Made by a program: the position numbers and the translations under genes. The notes under the pieces were generated by a model that was not told the DNA's origin, did no database searches, and worked only from the letters and a program-made list of their open reading frames with translations. A stretch of DNA of 64,000 nt, from the sequence record PV173775; one strand, 5' to 3'. Below, piece after piece: positions 1 through 9,057 of the stretch (position 1 is its first letter; the number at the start of each line of letters is the position of its first letter). The stretch is from Escherichia phage GEP001.

Positions 1-2
1 GC

Positions 3-169
<167 letters not shown>

Positions 170-170
<1 letters not shown>

Positions 171-367
171 TGGCTTGGCATCATGAAACTTGGGCTATTG
201 TTATTGTAAATAGCGATTTAGTTGGTACTAGTAATGGGCAATTTTGCGTATTCACTAGTGAAATTAGGGCTTGGGAGGAATGTCTTAAATTAAGAGAAAA
301 GAATCCTGATGTTGAACTAACAGTAAAGAAAACTAAACTGCCTTTACCATGGAAAACTTATGAATAA
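170..367 (+). CDS. hypothetical small protein, 65 aa (pseT-cd interval)
   Basis: ATG 170 overlaps pseT stop (TAATG); no domain recognised. Confidence 0.5.
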
Positions 368-560
368 TCTAGAAAAGATTTATCGTCTTTGCGATAAAAT
401 CGAAAAAGAAAAGAAATACCTATTTTGTCTATGGCCTATTGTTGACGGAAGAGTGGGCTTAGATGTTCTTGATTATGAAACAGAAGACAAAGTAGATGGT
501 TCAATTTTTGATAACGCTTTGGATGTTATTGATTGGCTTGAAGAAAATTATGTGAGGTAA
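360..560 (+). CDS. hypothetical small protein, 66 aa
   Basis: ATG 360 overlaps upstream stop; acidic C-terminal half. Confidence 0.5.
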   Translation: MNNLEKIYRLCDKIEKEKKYLFCLWPIVDGRVGLDVLDYETEDKVDGSIFDNALDVIDWLEENYVR

Positions 561-562
561 AT

Positions 563-838
563 ATGTTTCCGACTTACTCTAAAATCGTAGAAGTAGTGTT
601 TAGTCAAATTATCGCTAATAACATGTTTGAAAAGCTTGATAATGCAGCTGAACTTCGAATCCACGCTCAAGTGACTCATGTATTGAACACTTTGCTTCCA
701 GACCAGGTGGATTCTATCGCCATTACGCTGTATCCAGGTTCCGCGCATATCATTGTCGTATTTGGTCTTGATGCTGAGTTAGTTATCAAAGGCGATATTC
801 GTTTTGAATCGCAGACATCAGAATTCAAAGCAATTTAA
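563..838 (+). CDS. hypothetical protein, 91 aa
   Basis: ATG 563 two nt after upstream stop. Confidence 0.5.
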   Translation: MFPTYSKIVEVVFSQIIANNMFEKLDNAAELRIHAQVTHVLNTLLPDQVDSIAITLYPGSAHIIVVFGLDAELVIKGDIRFESQTSEFKAI

Positions 839-840
839 CA

Positions 841-870
841 GTTTACTTTACAGTAGAGTTGTGATATTAT
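841..870 (+). promoter_or_regulatory. early-type promoter (GTTTAC-N18-TATTAT)
   Basis: GTTTAC 841-846, TATTAT 865-870; upstream of ORF 901. Confidence 0.6.
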
Positions 871-900
871 AGCTCTACCAAAACAAATGAGGAAATTGAA

Positions 901-1428
901 ATGAGCGAATGGTTTGAAGAAGGTAAGGTTTATCGCTTTAAAGCTGGATATAAAGATATTTTTAATGAAACTTGCGGGGCTAATAAACGAATTGCCCAGT
1001 TTATTGGGGAAAATTCATTTAAAGTAAAAATAGATCCTGCGAAAAATGTTATTAGCATTAAACGCGAAATTGATGATTGCTGGTATAAAGCTGTTGATGT
1101 AATGGGTGAATCCTATAAAGTTAGTCCGTTATTTTCAATTGCTTATATGTTAGAATATTCTTTTTTCGAAGAAGTTCAAAAAGATGATTCTGCCAGTAAA
1201 TTTGAAATTAAAGCTGATAAAGAAATTAAGTGGAAAGTAGTAGGTATTACTGGTTGTATGTTCTATATCTATGCTCAAACTGATACGAAGGAAGAAGCTA
1301 AACAGAAAGCTCTAGAATATCTTGAAGAGTATGAAGAAGGTCCGGTAATGATTACTCAAGATGCTGAATTAGTTTCTGTCAAATTAGTTAAAAACGTTGA
1401 AAGTAAGGAGCTAGGATCAACATGCTAA
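901..1428 (+). CDS. hypothetical protein, 175 aa
   Basis: GAGGAAA ribosome-binding site upstream of ATG 901, preceded by early-type promoter 841-870. Confidence 0.6.
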   Translation: MSEWFEEGKVYRFKAGYKDIFNETCGANKRIAQFIGENSFKVKIDPAKNVISIKREIDDCWYKAVDVMGESYKVSPLFSIAYMLEYSFFEEVQKDDSASKFEIKADKEIKWKVVGITGCMFYIYAQTDTKEEAKQKALEYLEEYEEGPVMITQDAELVSVKLVKNVESKELGSTC

Positions 1429-1658
1429 GCGAAAAACCAATTACTGTTAAAGAATTTCAAGAAAAAGTTAAACTATTTGCTCAGGAATTGGTAAATAAGG
1501 TTTCTGAACGATTTCCAGAAACATCAGTTCGTGTTATTACCGAAACTCCTCGTTCAGTATTAGTAATTGTGAATCCAGGTGATGGTGACCAAATAACACA
1601 TCTTAAACTGGATTTTGATGGATTAGTTGAAGCACAAAGGGTGTATGGCGTACTATGA
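1422..1658 (+). CDS. hypothetical protein, 78 aa
   Basis: start overlaps upstream stop (ATGCTAA). Confidence 0.5.
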   Translation: MLSEKPITVKEFQEKVKLFAQELVNKVSERFPETSVRVITETPRSVLVIVNPGDGDQITHLKLDFDGLVEAQRVYGVL

Positions 1659-1993
1659 TGAATTTAACTGATATAATTGATAATTGTCTTGAAAATGATA
1701 CTGGTGATCATAGAGCGCTTGATTCTGAAACAGCACAGTTCATTAGAATAACTTTAATGAATGATACTCTAGTGAATAGTATTCATCCTTCTGTGTATGA
1801 TGCTATTATTGTGACGAAGTATCCAGTTGAGCTTCGCAAAAAGATGGCTGGTGCAATTTTTATTGATAAGAAAAACCGCTTTAAAGATGGGCAGAATATA
1901 ATTAGTTCTGTTATTAAAAGTATAACTAAACTTCGTCACGAAATTTATCGTGTTGAAACTGCTAAATCTGCTTATCTGGTGATTATGAAATGA
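1655..1993 (+). CDS. hypothetical protein, 112 aa
   Basis: ATGA start/stop overlaps on both sides (with upstream ORF and with cd). Confidence 0.55.
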   Translation: MMNLTDIIDNCLENDTGDHRALDSETAQFIRITLMNDTLVNSIHPSVYDAIIVTKYPVELRKKMAGAIFIDKKNRFKDGQNIISSVIKSITKLRHEIYRVETAKSAYLVIMK

Positions 1994-2571
1994 AAGCGAG
2001 TACAGTACTTCAAATTGCATATTTAGTATCACAAGAATCAAAATGTTGCTCCTGGAAGGTAGGAGCAGTAATTGAAAAGAATGGACGTATTATTTCTACC
2101 GGATATAATGGTTCACCTGCCGGGGGTGTGAACTGTTGTGATTATGCTGCTGAGCAAGGTTGGTTGCTGAATAAGCCTAAACATACTATCATTCAAGGTC
2201 ATAAGCCCGAATGTGTATCGTTTGGTTCAACTGATCGTTTTGTTTTGGCGAAAGAACACCGTAGCGCGCACTCTGAATGGTCGTCTAAAAATGAAATTCA
2301 CGCTGAACTAAATGCGATTTTGTTTGCTGCGCGAAATGGTTCTTCAATTGAAGGTGCTACTATGTATGTAACACTTTCTCCTTGCCCAGATTGCGCAAAA
2401 GCAATAGCTCAATCTGGAATTAAAAAGCTGGTTTATTGCGAAACATACGATAAAAATAAACCTGGCTGGGATGATATTCTGCGAAATGCGGGTATTGAAG
2501 TGTTTAATGTTCCTAAGAAAAACTTAAATAAGTTAAACTGGGAAAATATCAACGAATTCTGTGGTGAATAA
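1990..2571 (+). CDS. cd: dCMP deaminase
   Basis: 193 aa; zinc-deaminase motifs HAELNAI and SPCPDCAKAI in translation; N-terminus MKASTVLQIAYLVSQESKCCSWKVGAV recognised from memory of T4 Cd. Confidence 0.93.
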   Translation: MKASTVLQIAYLVSQESKCCSWKVGAVIEKNGRIISTGYNGSPAGGVNCCDYAAEQGWLLNKPKHTIIQGHKPECVSFGSTDRFVLAKEHRSAHSEWSSKNEIHAELNAILFAARNGSSIEGATMYVTLSPCPDCAKAIAQSGIKKLVYCETYDKNKPGWDDILRNAGIEVFNVPKKNLNKLNWENINEFCGE

Positions 2572-2807
2572 TGAAATTTCGTTTGGTACAGCTCACAGCA
2601 ATTAGTTCTTATTCTAATGAGAACATTTCATTTGCTGTAGAGTATAAGAAGTATTTTTTCTCTAAATGGAAACAGTATTATAAAACTGATTGGACTAGTA
2701 TTGATAGGCCGTATAGTTGGAAATCTGATTTAGAAAAATGCCAAAAATTGCTTTCCACTCTTAAAGAACGTGGAACAACCCATATTAAAACTGTAATAGG
2801 TAAATAA
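2571..2807 (+). CDS. hypothetical protein, 78 aa (T4 31.2 position)
   Basis: ATG immediately after cd stop; position between cd and gene 31. Confidence 0.55.
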   Translation: MKFRLVQLTAISSYSNENISFAVEYKKYFFSKWKQYYKTDWTSIDRPYSWKSDLEKCQKLLSTLKERGTTHIKTVIGK

Positions 2808-3116
2808 ATGAAACTGACAACTGAACAAAAAGTAGCAATTCGTGAAATTTTGAAAACTAAATTGTCCATGGGGGTTTCAAACATAGTTTTTGAAAAGTCT
2901 GATGGTACTATTCGTACTATGAAAGGTACTCGTGATGCTGATTTTATGCCAACCATGCAAACCGGTAAATTGACTGAATCTACTCGGAAAGAATCTACTG
3001 ATATGATTCCAGTATTTGATGTTGAGCTTGGTGCATGGCGAGGTTTTTCTATTGACAAATTGATTTCCGTTAATGGTATGAAAGTTGAGCATTTGCTTCA
3101 ATTTATTGGTAAATAA
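2808..3116 (+). CDS. hypothetical protein, 102 aa (T4 31.1 position)
   Basis: ATG 2808 directly follows upstream stop. Confidence 0.55.
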   Translation: MKLTTEQKVAIREILKTKLSMGVSNIVFEKSDGTIRTMKGTRDADFMPTMQTGKLTESTRKESTDMIPVFDVELGAWRGFSIDKLISVNGMKVEHLLQFIGK

Positions 3117-3142
3117 ATGCTTTAAGAATTATTTGTTATTAT
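3116..3142 (+). promoter_or_regulatory. middle promoter (MotA box AATGCTTTA + -10 TATTAT, 12-nt spacer) for gene 31
   Basis: MotA box 3116-3124, -10 3137-3142; 28 nt identical to the copy at 62582-62609. Confidence 0.65.
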
Positions 3143-3172
3143 TAATTCATCTGTTAACAAAAAGGAAAAACG

Positions 3173-3508
3173 ATGTCTGAAGTACAACAGCTACCAATTC
3201 GTGCTGTCGGTGAATTTGTTATTTTAGTTTCTGAACCTGCGCAAGCCGGTGATGAAGAAGTTACAGAATCAGGACTTATTATCGGTAAACGTGTTCAAGG
3301 TGAAGTTCCTGAACTGTGTGTAGTTCACTCCGTTGGTCCTGATGTTCCTGAAGGTTTCTGCGAAGTTGGTGATTTGACTTCTCTTCCAGTTGGTCAAATT
3401 CGAAACGTTCCGCATCCTTTTGTAGCTCTGGGACTTAAGCAGCCAAAAGAAATTAAACAAAAATTCGTTACCTGTCACTATAAAGCTATTCCGTGTCTTT
3501 ATAAGTGA
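3173..3508 (+). CDS. 31: head-assembly co-chaperonin (GroES analogue)
   Basis: 111 aa; [14 protein letters not shown]...KAIPCLYK recognised from memory of T4 gp31; middle promoter 3116-3142 upstream. Confidence 0.9.
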   Translation: MSEVQQLPIRAVGEFVILVSEPAQAGDEEVTESGLIIGKRVQGEVPELCVVHSVGPDVPEGFCEVGDLTSLPVGQIRNVPHPFVALGLKQPKEIKQKFVTCHYKAIPCLYK

Positions 3509-3516
3509 TATAAATA
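3509..3516 (+). promoter_or_regulatory. late promoter TATAAATA upstream of rIII
   Basis: exact TATAAATA immediately after gene 31 stop. Confidence 0.55.
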
Positions 3517-3655
3517 ATAATATGAATTGGGTGTCGGAATAATAAGTTAACCGAACAATTCTACGTGGTAGTCTACAACTGAGAGATCTGTCGAAAGAAG
3601 ATGAAATTCAGAAGAACGTGACTACCGAGTTTTAATCTCTAATGAGAATTTTTAA

Positions 3656-3904
3656 ATGATTAAACAATTACAACACGCTCTTGAACTGCAACGAAACGCA
3701 TGGAATAATGGTCACGAAAACTATGGCGCATCTATTGATGTTGAAGCCGAAGCTCTTGAAATCCTGCGTTATTTCAAACATCTGAATCCTGCTCAAACTG
3801 CATTAGCTGCTGAGCTTCAGGAAAAAGATGAACTTAAATATGCTAAGCCTTTGGCTTCTGCCGCACGAAAAGCAGTTCGTCACTTTGTGGTAACACTGAA
3901 GTAA
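3656..3904 (+). CDS. rIII: lysis-inhibition accessory protein rIII
   Basis: 82 aa; MIKQLQHALELQRNAWNNGHENYG... recognised from memory; late promoter TATAAATA at 3509-3516. Confidence 0.85.
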   Translation: MIKQLQHALELQRNAWNNGHENYGASIDVEAEALEILRYFKHLNPAQTALAAELQEKDELKYAKPLASAARKAVRHFVVTLK

Positions 3905-4024
3905 GTATGATGACGGGTTTATGGTTATCCTGGTCGTTAAATATTCAAAAACCTATGTTCCCCTTGAGGGCTTGCGCAGGCAATGCCAATAAGTCCTGCA
4001 TTTTCATTTAAAAGAGAATTTATA

Positions 4025-4201
4025 ATGGCAAAACAAGCTAAAGCAAAGAAAGCAGTTGAAAAGAAAGTTGGTGATTCTAAACGCGCTGGTTACAAGCGTG
4101 GGTCGAACTCTCGTATCAATCAAACTGTTGAGAAGATCATGCGCCGAGCACGTGCGGTTCTTCGAGATGATGCTTCTCGTTTTGGTAAGCAGAAAGCATA
4201 A
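4025..4201 (+). CDS. small highly basic protein, 58 aa (T4 30.9 position)
   Basis: ORF-track entry 3983-4201 trimmed to internal ATG 4025 (MAKQAKAKK...); Lys/Arg-rich; followed by hairpin terminator 4205-4235; start choice uncertain. Confidence 0.5.
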   Translation: MAKQAKAKKAVEKKVGDSKRAGYKRGSNSRINQTVEKIMRRARAVLRDDASRFGKQKA

Positions 4202-4204
4202 GTT

Positions 4205-4235
4205 GAGGACTCCTTCGGGAGTCCTTTTTTATTTT
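4205..4235 (+). terminator. rho-independent terminator
   Basis: GAGGACTCC-TTCG-GGAGTCCT hairpin followed by TTTTTTATTTT. Confidence 0.8.
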
Positions 4236-4254
4236 CCAAAGATTGCACAAAGTT

Positions 4255-4284
4255 GTTTACAGTATGGTTCCTTTGTGATAGTAT
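4255..4284 (+). promoter_or_regulatory. early-type promoter (CACAAAGTTGTTTACA ... TAGTAT)
   Basis: GTTTAC 4255-4260, TAGTAT 4279-4284; follows terminator 4205-4235. Confidence 0.6.
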
Positions 4285-4311
4285 TATCTTACACAAACAA
4301 AGGAGAATAAA

Positions 4312-4644
4312 ATGAAAACGATTAATCTAAACGCTGCGGTTAAAACTAAATGCTTCAATGGTAAATATGATGAAACTATGTGGTTCTTAATGGCAGTTGA
4401 AGGTGATATTATTGAAGTAGAAACAACAGAAGGTATGGGAACAGATTTCACCTTTACAATTCAAGTTCATAATTTCTTTACTGGTTGGATTTATGAATTG
4501 AATACAGTAATCGTTGGAAAAATTGAACAAAATGAATCAGGTGAATGGTATTATGTTACAGCTCGCCAACGTGCCGAACGCTTAATTGAGAAGATGAAAA
4601 AAGTTGGTAAACTTGACATGCAACATTGGAAAGTAGTAAAATAA
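4312..4644 (+). CDS. hypothetical protein, 110 aa (T4 30.8 position)
   Basis: AGGAG ribosome-binding site upstream of ATG 4312; early promoter 4255-4284. Confidence 0.55.
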   Translation: MKTINLNAAVKTKCFNGKYDETMWFLMAVEGDIIEVETTEGMGTDFTFTIQVHNFFTGWIYELNTVIVGKIEQNESGEWYYVTARQRAERLIEKMKKVGKLDMQHWKVVK

Positions 4645-4646
4645 TT

Positions 4647-4675
4647 GTTTACTTTGGTACAGGATATGATATTAT
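4647..4675 (+). promoter_or_regulatory. early-type promoter
   Basis: GTTTAC 4647-4652, TATTAT 4670-4675. Confidence 0.6.
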
Positions 4676-4712
4676 ATACCTGTACCGCAATTAAACATCT
4701 CGGAGAATAAAA

Positions 4713-5078
4713 ATGAACTACATCAATTTTGAACGTAAATATGTTTCTAATGGTATTGCAGGTTCTATTGATACTATCTGCCTTTGGAAACATCAAAATG
4801 GATCAGTATGCGAAATTGAACAGTATATGACTCCTAACTACGTTTATATGCGATTTGAAAATGGCATCACGGTTTCAATCACGAAAGAAGGTTCTTCTTT
4901 TAAAATCGCATTAGATGATGATTTCCGTCAACGCGATTTAGGGACTCATCCTTGCTGGAATGGTGTTAATCGTAAGCTTCTGGTTAAAACTTGGATTCGT
5001 CATATTCTGAGCAACAGAGCTAAACCTGAGCATCTTGAAGCAATCTTTGATGTAGTTCTTAACGAATTTGATATTTAA
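4713..5078 (+). CDS. hypothetical protein, 121 aa (T4 30.7 position)
   Basis: GGAGAA ribosome-binding site; early promoter 4647-4675; GGGGC-TTCG-GCCCC hairpin after stop. Confidence 0.55.
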   Translation: MNYINFERKYVSNGIAGSIDTICLWKHQNGSVCEIEQYMTPNYVYMRFENGITVSITKEGSSFKIALDDDFRQRDLGTHPCWNGVNRKLLVKTWIRHILSNRAKPEHLEAIFDVVLNEFDI

Positions 5079-5086
5079 AATAAAAT

Positions 5087-5104
5087 AAGGGGCTTCGGCC
5101 CCTT
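5087..5104 (+). terminator. stable UUCG-tetraloop hairpin (weak terminator or RNA-stability element)
   Basis: AAGGGGC-TTCG-GCCCCTT; only TT follows, so termination is doubtful. Confidence 0.35.
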
Positions 5105-5119
5105 ACTGAGGAAAATATT

Positions 5120-5407
5120 ATGTTTATGACTACTTATTTTGATACCCGTAAAAATTTCTGTGAAGTGGTTTTCTCTAAGGCACCTAAAGGCCTTCCTGCT
5201 CATTTGCAACCTACCAGTGAATCGATTAAAAACTACGTTAATGTAGTATGTCCTTTAGAGTTCCGTACTGTAAATGGACGTGATACTCTAGCAATCATTA
5301 AACTCAATCGTGAAATTGACATTGACCCTTCAATTGCGCGTGAAATTAATATTTCTGACATTGGTGGTGGTAATGTTAAATCGCATGGTTTTCAGATGAG
5401 GTTCTAA
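5120..5407 (+). CDS. hypothetical protein, 95 aa
   Basis: GAGGAAAA ribosome-binding site upstream of ATG 5120. Confidence 0.5.
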   Translation: MFMTTYFDTRKNFCEVVFSKAPKGLPAHLQPTSESIKNYVNVVCPLEFRTVNGRDTLAIIKLNREIDIDPSIAREINISDIGGGNVKSHGFQMRF

Positions 5408-5604
5408 TGAAATTCTTTTTGGGTCAAACTGTTGAATTAAAGGGAGTCGGTATACCTGGATTAATTTCTAAGGTTTTGCCTGCATTTAAATGGAGAGACG
5501 TTCAAATAAAAGAAGCTTATATTGTTTCCTGGGTAGATGGAAATGAAGACCTTCGTATGGGTGATGAATTATCTCCTATCTATGGATTAAAGGAATTAGT
5601 ATGA
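5407..5604 (+). CDS. hypothetical protein, 65 aa
   Basis: ATG overlaps upstream stop (TAATGA). Confidence 0.5.
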   Translation: MKFFLGQTVELKGVGIPGLISKVLPAFKWRDVQIKEAYIVSWVDGNEDLRMGDELSPIYGLKELV

Positions 5605-5807
5605 ATATAATTAATAAGATTTTTGGAATTCAGTACATTAAGGTCACATATAAAGTAACATATAAAGGTCCGTATACCGATGAACATGAAGAACCACAAG
5701 TTATGTCTATTATATTAGAAAAGGACCCTAACTGGCCAGTTGAATTTCGTCTTCCTTGCTATGGTCATTGGGCTGATGTTGAAATTATAAGTATTGAAAA
5801 TGTCTGA
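5601..5807 (+). CDS. hypothetical protein, 68 aa
   Basis: ATGA overlap with upstream ORF. Confidence 0.5.
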   Translation: MNIINKIFGIQYIKVTYKVTYKGPYTDEHEEPQVMSIILEKDPNWPVEFRLPCYGHWADVEIISIENV

Positions 5808-6258
5808 GCTAGAAATAAGAAGCAATTTTAGATGGCCATCATGTGCATTAAGCAATTTCGCCCAATGGCCTTTCGTTATGGATGGTATCCAATTTGGAGG
5901 TCTCGAAGGATTCCTCCAAGGATGTAAGGTGAAAAATGTTGAACAGCAAAGACGTATATTTGGGTTATCCGGGCTTGCCGCCCAACAAGCTGGAAGGTCT
6001 TATGCTAGAGCTCAGGACCGTGGCACGTTGTTCTGGCTTGGAACTCCGTTTTCAAGATATTCCGAAGCATGGAAAGAATTATACACAAATGCATATTTTG
6101 AAGCAGCGATCCAAAACAGGGGTTTTCGTGATGCATTACAAGCCTCGAAAGGAAAAGTTTTGAAGCACAGCATGGCTAGTGGTCTAACAAAAGATGATAC
6201 AATACTAACCGAAGCTGAATTTATTGATGTGTTAAACCTATTAAGAGACTCTCTATGA
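5800..6258 (+). CDS. hypothetical protein, 152 aa (T4 30.3 position); possible YbiA/NADAR-type hydrolase, unverified
   Basis: ORF-track start 5794 is TTG; first ATG at 5800 (MSELEIRSNF...); family assignment is from memory only, not from a motif I can point to. Confidence 0.55.
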   Translation: MSELEIRSNFRWPSCALSNFAQWPFVMDGIQFGGLEGFLQGCKVKNVEQQRRIFGLSGLAAQQAGRSYARAQDRGTLFWLGTPFSRYSEAWKELYTNAYFEAAIQNRGFRDALQASKGKVLKHSMASGLTKDDTILTEAEFIDVLNLLRDSL

Positions 6259-7094
6259 AGCCAACTATTTTAACTGATATTGATGGAGTTTGTTTAAGCT
6301 GGCAATCAGGCCTTCCTTATTTTGCTCAAAAATATAATCTTCCATTAGAACATATTTTAAAAATGATCCAAGATGAGAAATTTATTTCTCCAGGTAAACT
6401 CTTTAATTGTGACGAAGAACTTGGCGTCAAGTTAATTGAAAAATACAATCGTTCAGATTTTATTCGTTACTTGTCTCCGTATAAAGATGCCCTGTGTGTA
6501 ATTAACAAATTAAAAGAAGATTATAATTTTGTAGCTGTTACAGCATTGGGTGATTCTATTGACGCTCTGTTGAATCGTCAATTTAATTTGAATGCTCTTT
6601 TTCCCGGTGCCTTCTCAGAAGTAATGATGTGTGGTCATGATTCTTCAAAAGAAGAGCTGTTCAAAAAGGCAAAAGAGAAATATAACGTAATTTGTTATAT
6701 TGACGATCTCGCTCATCACTGCGATCATGCGAGTGAAATATTAAATGTTCCTGTTTATTGGATGGCTCGAGGAGAGCGTGACAATATTCCAAAAACTGCA
6801 CAGCGAGTTTATACATGGAATGATGTAGAAAATAAGCTTTTTTCGCCGAAGGAAAATAAAGAAAGTTTTGATAGTGAAAAAGCTATAAAAGATTTAATTG
6901 AGAAGATGGTTAAAAACGATTCTTTTCCTTGGAACACTACCTGGAGAACGCCTGGATTTAATCCTTATAATCATCTATATCATCCATATCAGACACATCC
7001 GTTTCAGACATGGAACTATATTAAACCTGGTGGCATAGAGTATTTGTATAATAGACCTACTTGTGGTGATAATATTTTCCAAGGAGCATTCTAA
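6255..7094 (+). CDS. HAD-superfamily hydrolase-like protein, 279 aa (T4 30.2 position)
   Basis: N-terminal ILTDIDGV (HAD motif I, DxDG) and later CYIDDLAHH (Asp pair) in translation. Confidence 0.65.
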   Translation: MKPTILTDIDGVCLSWQSGLPYFAQKYNLPLEHILKMIQDEKFISPGKLFNCDEELGVKLIEKYNRSDFIRYLSPYKDALCVINKLKEDYNFVAVTALGDSIDALLNRQFNLNALFPGAFSEVMMCGHDSSKEELFKKAKEKYNVICYIDDLAHHCDHASEILNVPVYWMARGERDNIPKTAQRVYTWNDVENKLFSPKENKESFDSEKAIKDLIEKMVKNDSFPWNTTWRTPGFNPYNHLYHPYQTHPFQTWNYIKPGGIEYLYNRPTCGDNIFQGAF

Positions 7095-7363
7095 TGTTTG
7101 TTGTTCACACTATTTATGAAAATGAAGGTAATACTACACGTGATTATGGTCACGTAAATCAATTTTTTAGATGCAATCCAGAATTCCGAGCTCAAAAAGA
7201 CGAACGAATTTTTAAAAAATGTGTAGAGCAAGGTTTCATTTACGTCAAGCACTGGATGCAAGGAAATAAAGTTAGAACTACATATCATAAGTCTTTGCCT
7301 GAGCTTAATGATGAATTGATTTATAATAGAGCTGTAAATCAAACTCTGAAGGATGAACAATGA
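7094..7363 (+). CDS. hypothetical protein, 89 aa (T4 30.1 position)
   Basis: ATG overlaps upstream stop; ends in ATGA overlap with ligase start. Confidence 0.55.
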   Translation: MFVVHTIYENEGNTTRDYGHVNQFFRCNPEFRAQKDERIFKKCVEQGFIYVKHWMQGNKVRTTYHKSLPELNDELIYNRAVNQTLKDEQ

Positions 7364-8820
7364 TTCTTAAAATTCTGAATGAAATAGCATCTATTGGATC
7401 AACTAAGCAGAAGCAAGCAATTCTTGAAAAGAATAAAGATAATGAATTGCTTAAACGAGTATATCGTCTGACTTATTCTCGTGGGTTACAGTATTATATC
7501 AAGAAATGGCCTAAACCTGGTATTGCTACCCAGAGTTTTGGAATGCTGACTATTACCGATATGCTTGACTTCATTGAATTCACGTTAGCTACTCGGAAAT
7601 TGACTGGAAATGCAGCAATTGAGGAATTAACTGGATATATCACTGACGGTAAAAAGGATGATGTTGAAGTTTTACGTCGAGTTATGATGCGAGACCTTGA
7701 ATGCGGTGCTTCAGTATCTATTGCAAACAAAGTTTGGCCAGGTTTAATTCCTGAACAACCTCAAATGCTGGCAAGTTCTTATGATGAAAAAGGCATTAGT
7801 AAGAATATCAAGTTTCCAGCTTTTGCGCAGTTAAAAGCAGATGGAGCTCGGTGTTTTGCTGAAGTTAGAGGTGATGAATTAGATGATGTTCGTCTTTTAT
7901 CACGAGCTGGCAATGAATATCTAGGATTAGATCTTCTTAAGGAAGAGTTAATCAAAATGACTGCTGAAGCCCGCCAGATTCATCCAGAAGGTGTGTTAAT
8001 TGATGGCGAATTGGTATACCATGAGCAAGTTGAAAAGGAACCAGAAGGCCTAGATTTTCTTTTTGATGCTCCTGAAATCAGTAAAGCTAAAGAGTTTGCC
8101 GAAGTAGCTGAATCTCGTACTGCTTCTAATGGAATCGCCAATAAATCTTTAAAGGGAACTATTTCAGAAAAAGAAGCCAAATGCATGAAGTTTCAGGTCT
8201 GGGATTATGTTCCGTTGGTAGAAATATACGGTCTTCCGGCGTTTCGTTTAAAATATGATGTACGTTTTTCTAAACTAGAACAAATGACATCAGGATATGA
8301 TAAAGTAATTTTAATTGAAAACCAGCTAGTAAATAACCTAGATGAAGCTAAGGTAATTTATAAAAAGTATATTGACCAAGGTCTTGAAGGTATTATTCTC
8401 AAAAATACCGATGGATTGTGGGAAAATGCTCGTTCAAAAAATCTCTATAAATTTAAAGAAGTAATTGATGTTGATTTAAAAATTGTAGGAATTTATCCTC
8501 ACCGTAAAGACCCTACTAAAGCAGGTGGATTTATTCTTGAATCAGAGTGTGGAAAAATTAAAGTAAATGCAGGTTCAGGCTTAAAAGATAAAGCTGGTGT
8601 AAAATCACATGAACTTGACCGTACTCGCATTATGGAAAACCAAAATTATTATATTGGAAAAATTCTAGAGTGCGAATGCAACGGTTGGTTAAAATCTGAT
8701 GGCCGCACTGATTACGTTAAATTATTTCTTCCGATTGCGATTCGTTTACGTGAAGATAAAACTAAAGCTAATACATTCGAGGATGTATTTGGTGATTTTC
8801 ATGAGGTAACTGGTCTATGA
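7360..8820 (+). CDS. 30: ATP-dependent DNA ligase
   Basis: 486 aa; adenylation-site lysine in FAQLKADGARCF; MILKILNEIASIGSTKQKQAILEK... recognised from memory of T4 ligase. Confidence 0.95.
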   Translation: MILKILNEIASIGSTKQKQAILEKNKDNELLKRVYRLTYSRGLQYYIKKWPKPGIATQSFGMLTITDMLDFIEFTLATRKLTGNAAIEELTGYITDGKKDDVEVLRRVMMRDLECGASVSIANKVWPGLIPEQPQMLASSYDEKGISKNIKFPAFAQLKADGARCFAEVRGDELDDVRLLSRAGNEYLGLDLLKEELIKMTAEARQIHPEGVLIDGELVYHEQVEKEPEGLDFLFDAPEISKAKEFAEVAESRTASNGIANKSLKGTISEKEAKCMKFQVWDYVPLVEIYGLPAFRLKYDVRFSKLEQMTSGYDKVILIENQLVNNLDEAKVIYKKYIDQGLEGIILKNTDGLWENARSKNLYKFKEVIDVDLKIVGIYPHRKDPTKAGGFILESECGKIKVNAGSGLKDKAGVKSHELDRTRIMENQNYYIGKILECECNGWLKSDGRTDYVKLFLPIAIRLREDKTKANTFEDVFGDFHEVTGL

Positions 8821-9005
8821 AAGCTTACTTAGAAACAATTGTTATAGCTCAAAAAGAAGGTGGAGATGTTTCTACTTCTGTATCACAAGTCATTCTCGAA
8901 TTTGTAGATGCATATGCTTATAATAAATTTACAGAAACATTTGATGCCTATGAAAAAGGGCCAAAGTTTGAAATATATCGTACTCTCTTACCATTAGATT
9001 ATTAA
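8817..9005 (+). CDS. hypothetical protein, 62 aa
   Basis: ATGA overlap with ligase stop; hairpin 9004-9027 after stop. Confidence 0.5.
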   Translation: MKAYLETIVIAQKEGGDVSTSVSQVILEFVDAYAYNKFTETFDAYEKGPKFEIYRTLLPLDY

Positions 9006-9027
9006 AGGCCTTCGGGCCTTTAATTTT
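9004..9027 (+). terminator. hairpin terminator between ligase-distal ORF and alt
   Basis: AAAGGCC-TTCG-GGCCTTT followed by AATTTTA. Confidence 0.55.
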
Positions 9028-9034
9028 ATAAATA
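9027..9034 (+). promoter_or_regulatory. late promoter TATAAATA upstream of alt
   Basis: exact TATAAATA about 24 nt before the alt ATG. Confidence 0.65.
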
Positions 9035-9057
9035 GAATAAACACTAGAGAGGATATG

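Noticed and set aside
5936-6163. 75-aa ORF in an alternative frame embedded inside the 30.3-position gene
   Set aside because: No ribosome-binding site or independent evidence; cannot be told from a chance frame, although I recall T4 annotation listing an embedded ORF at the equivalent place, so it may deserve a ribosome-profiling check.
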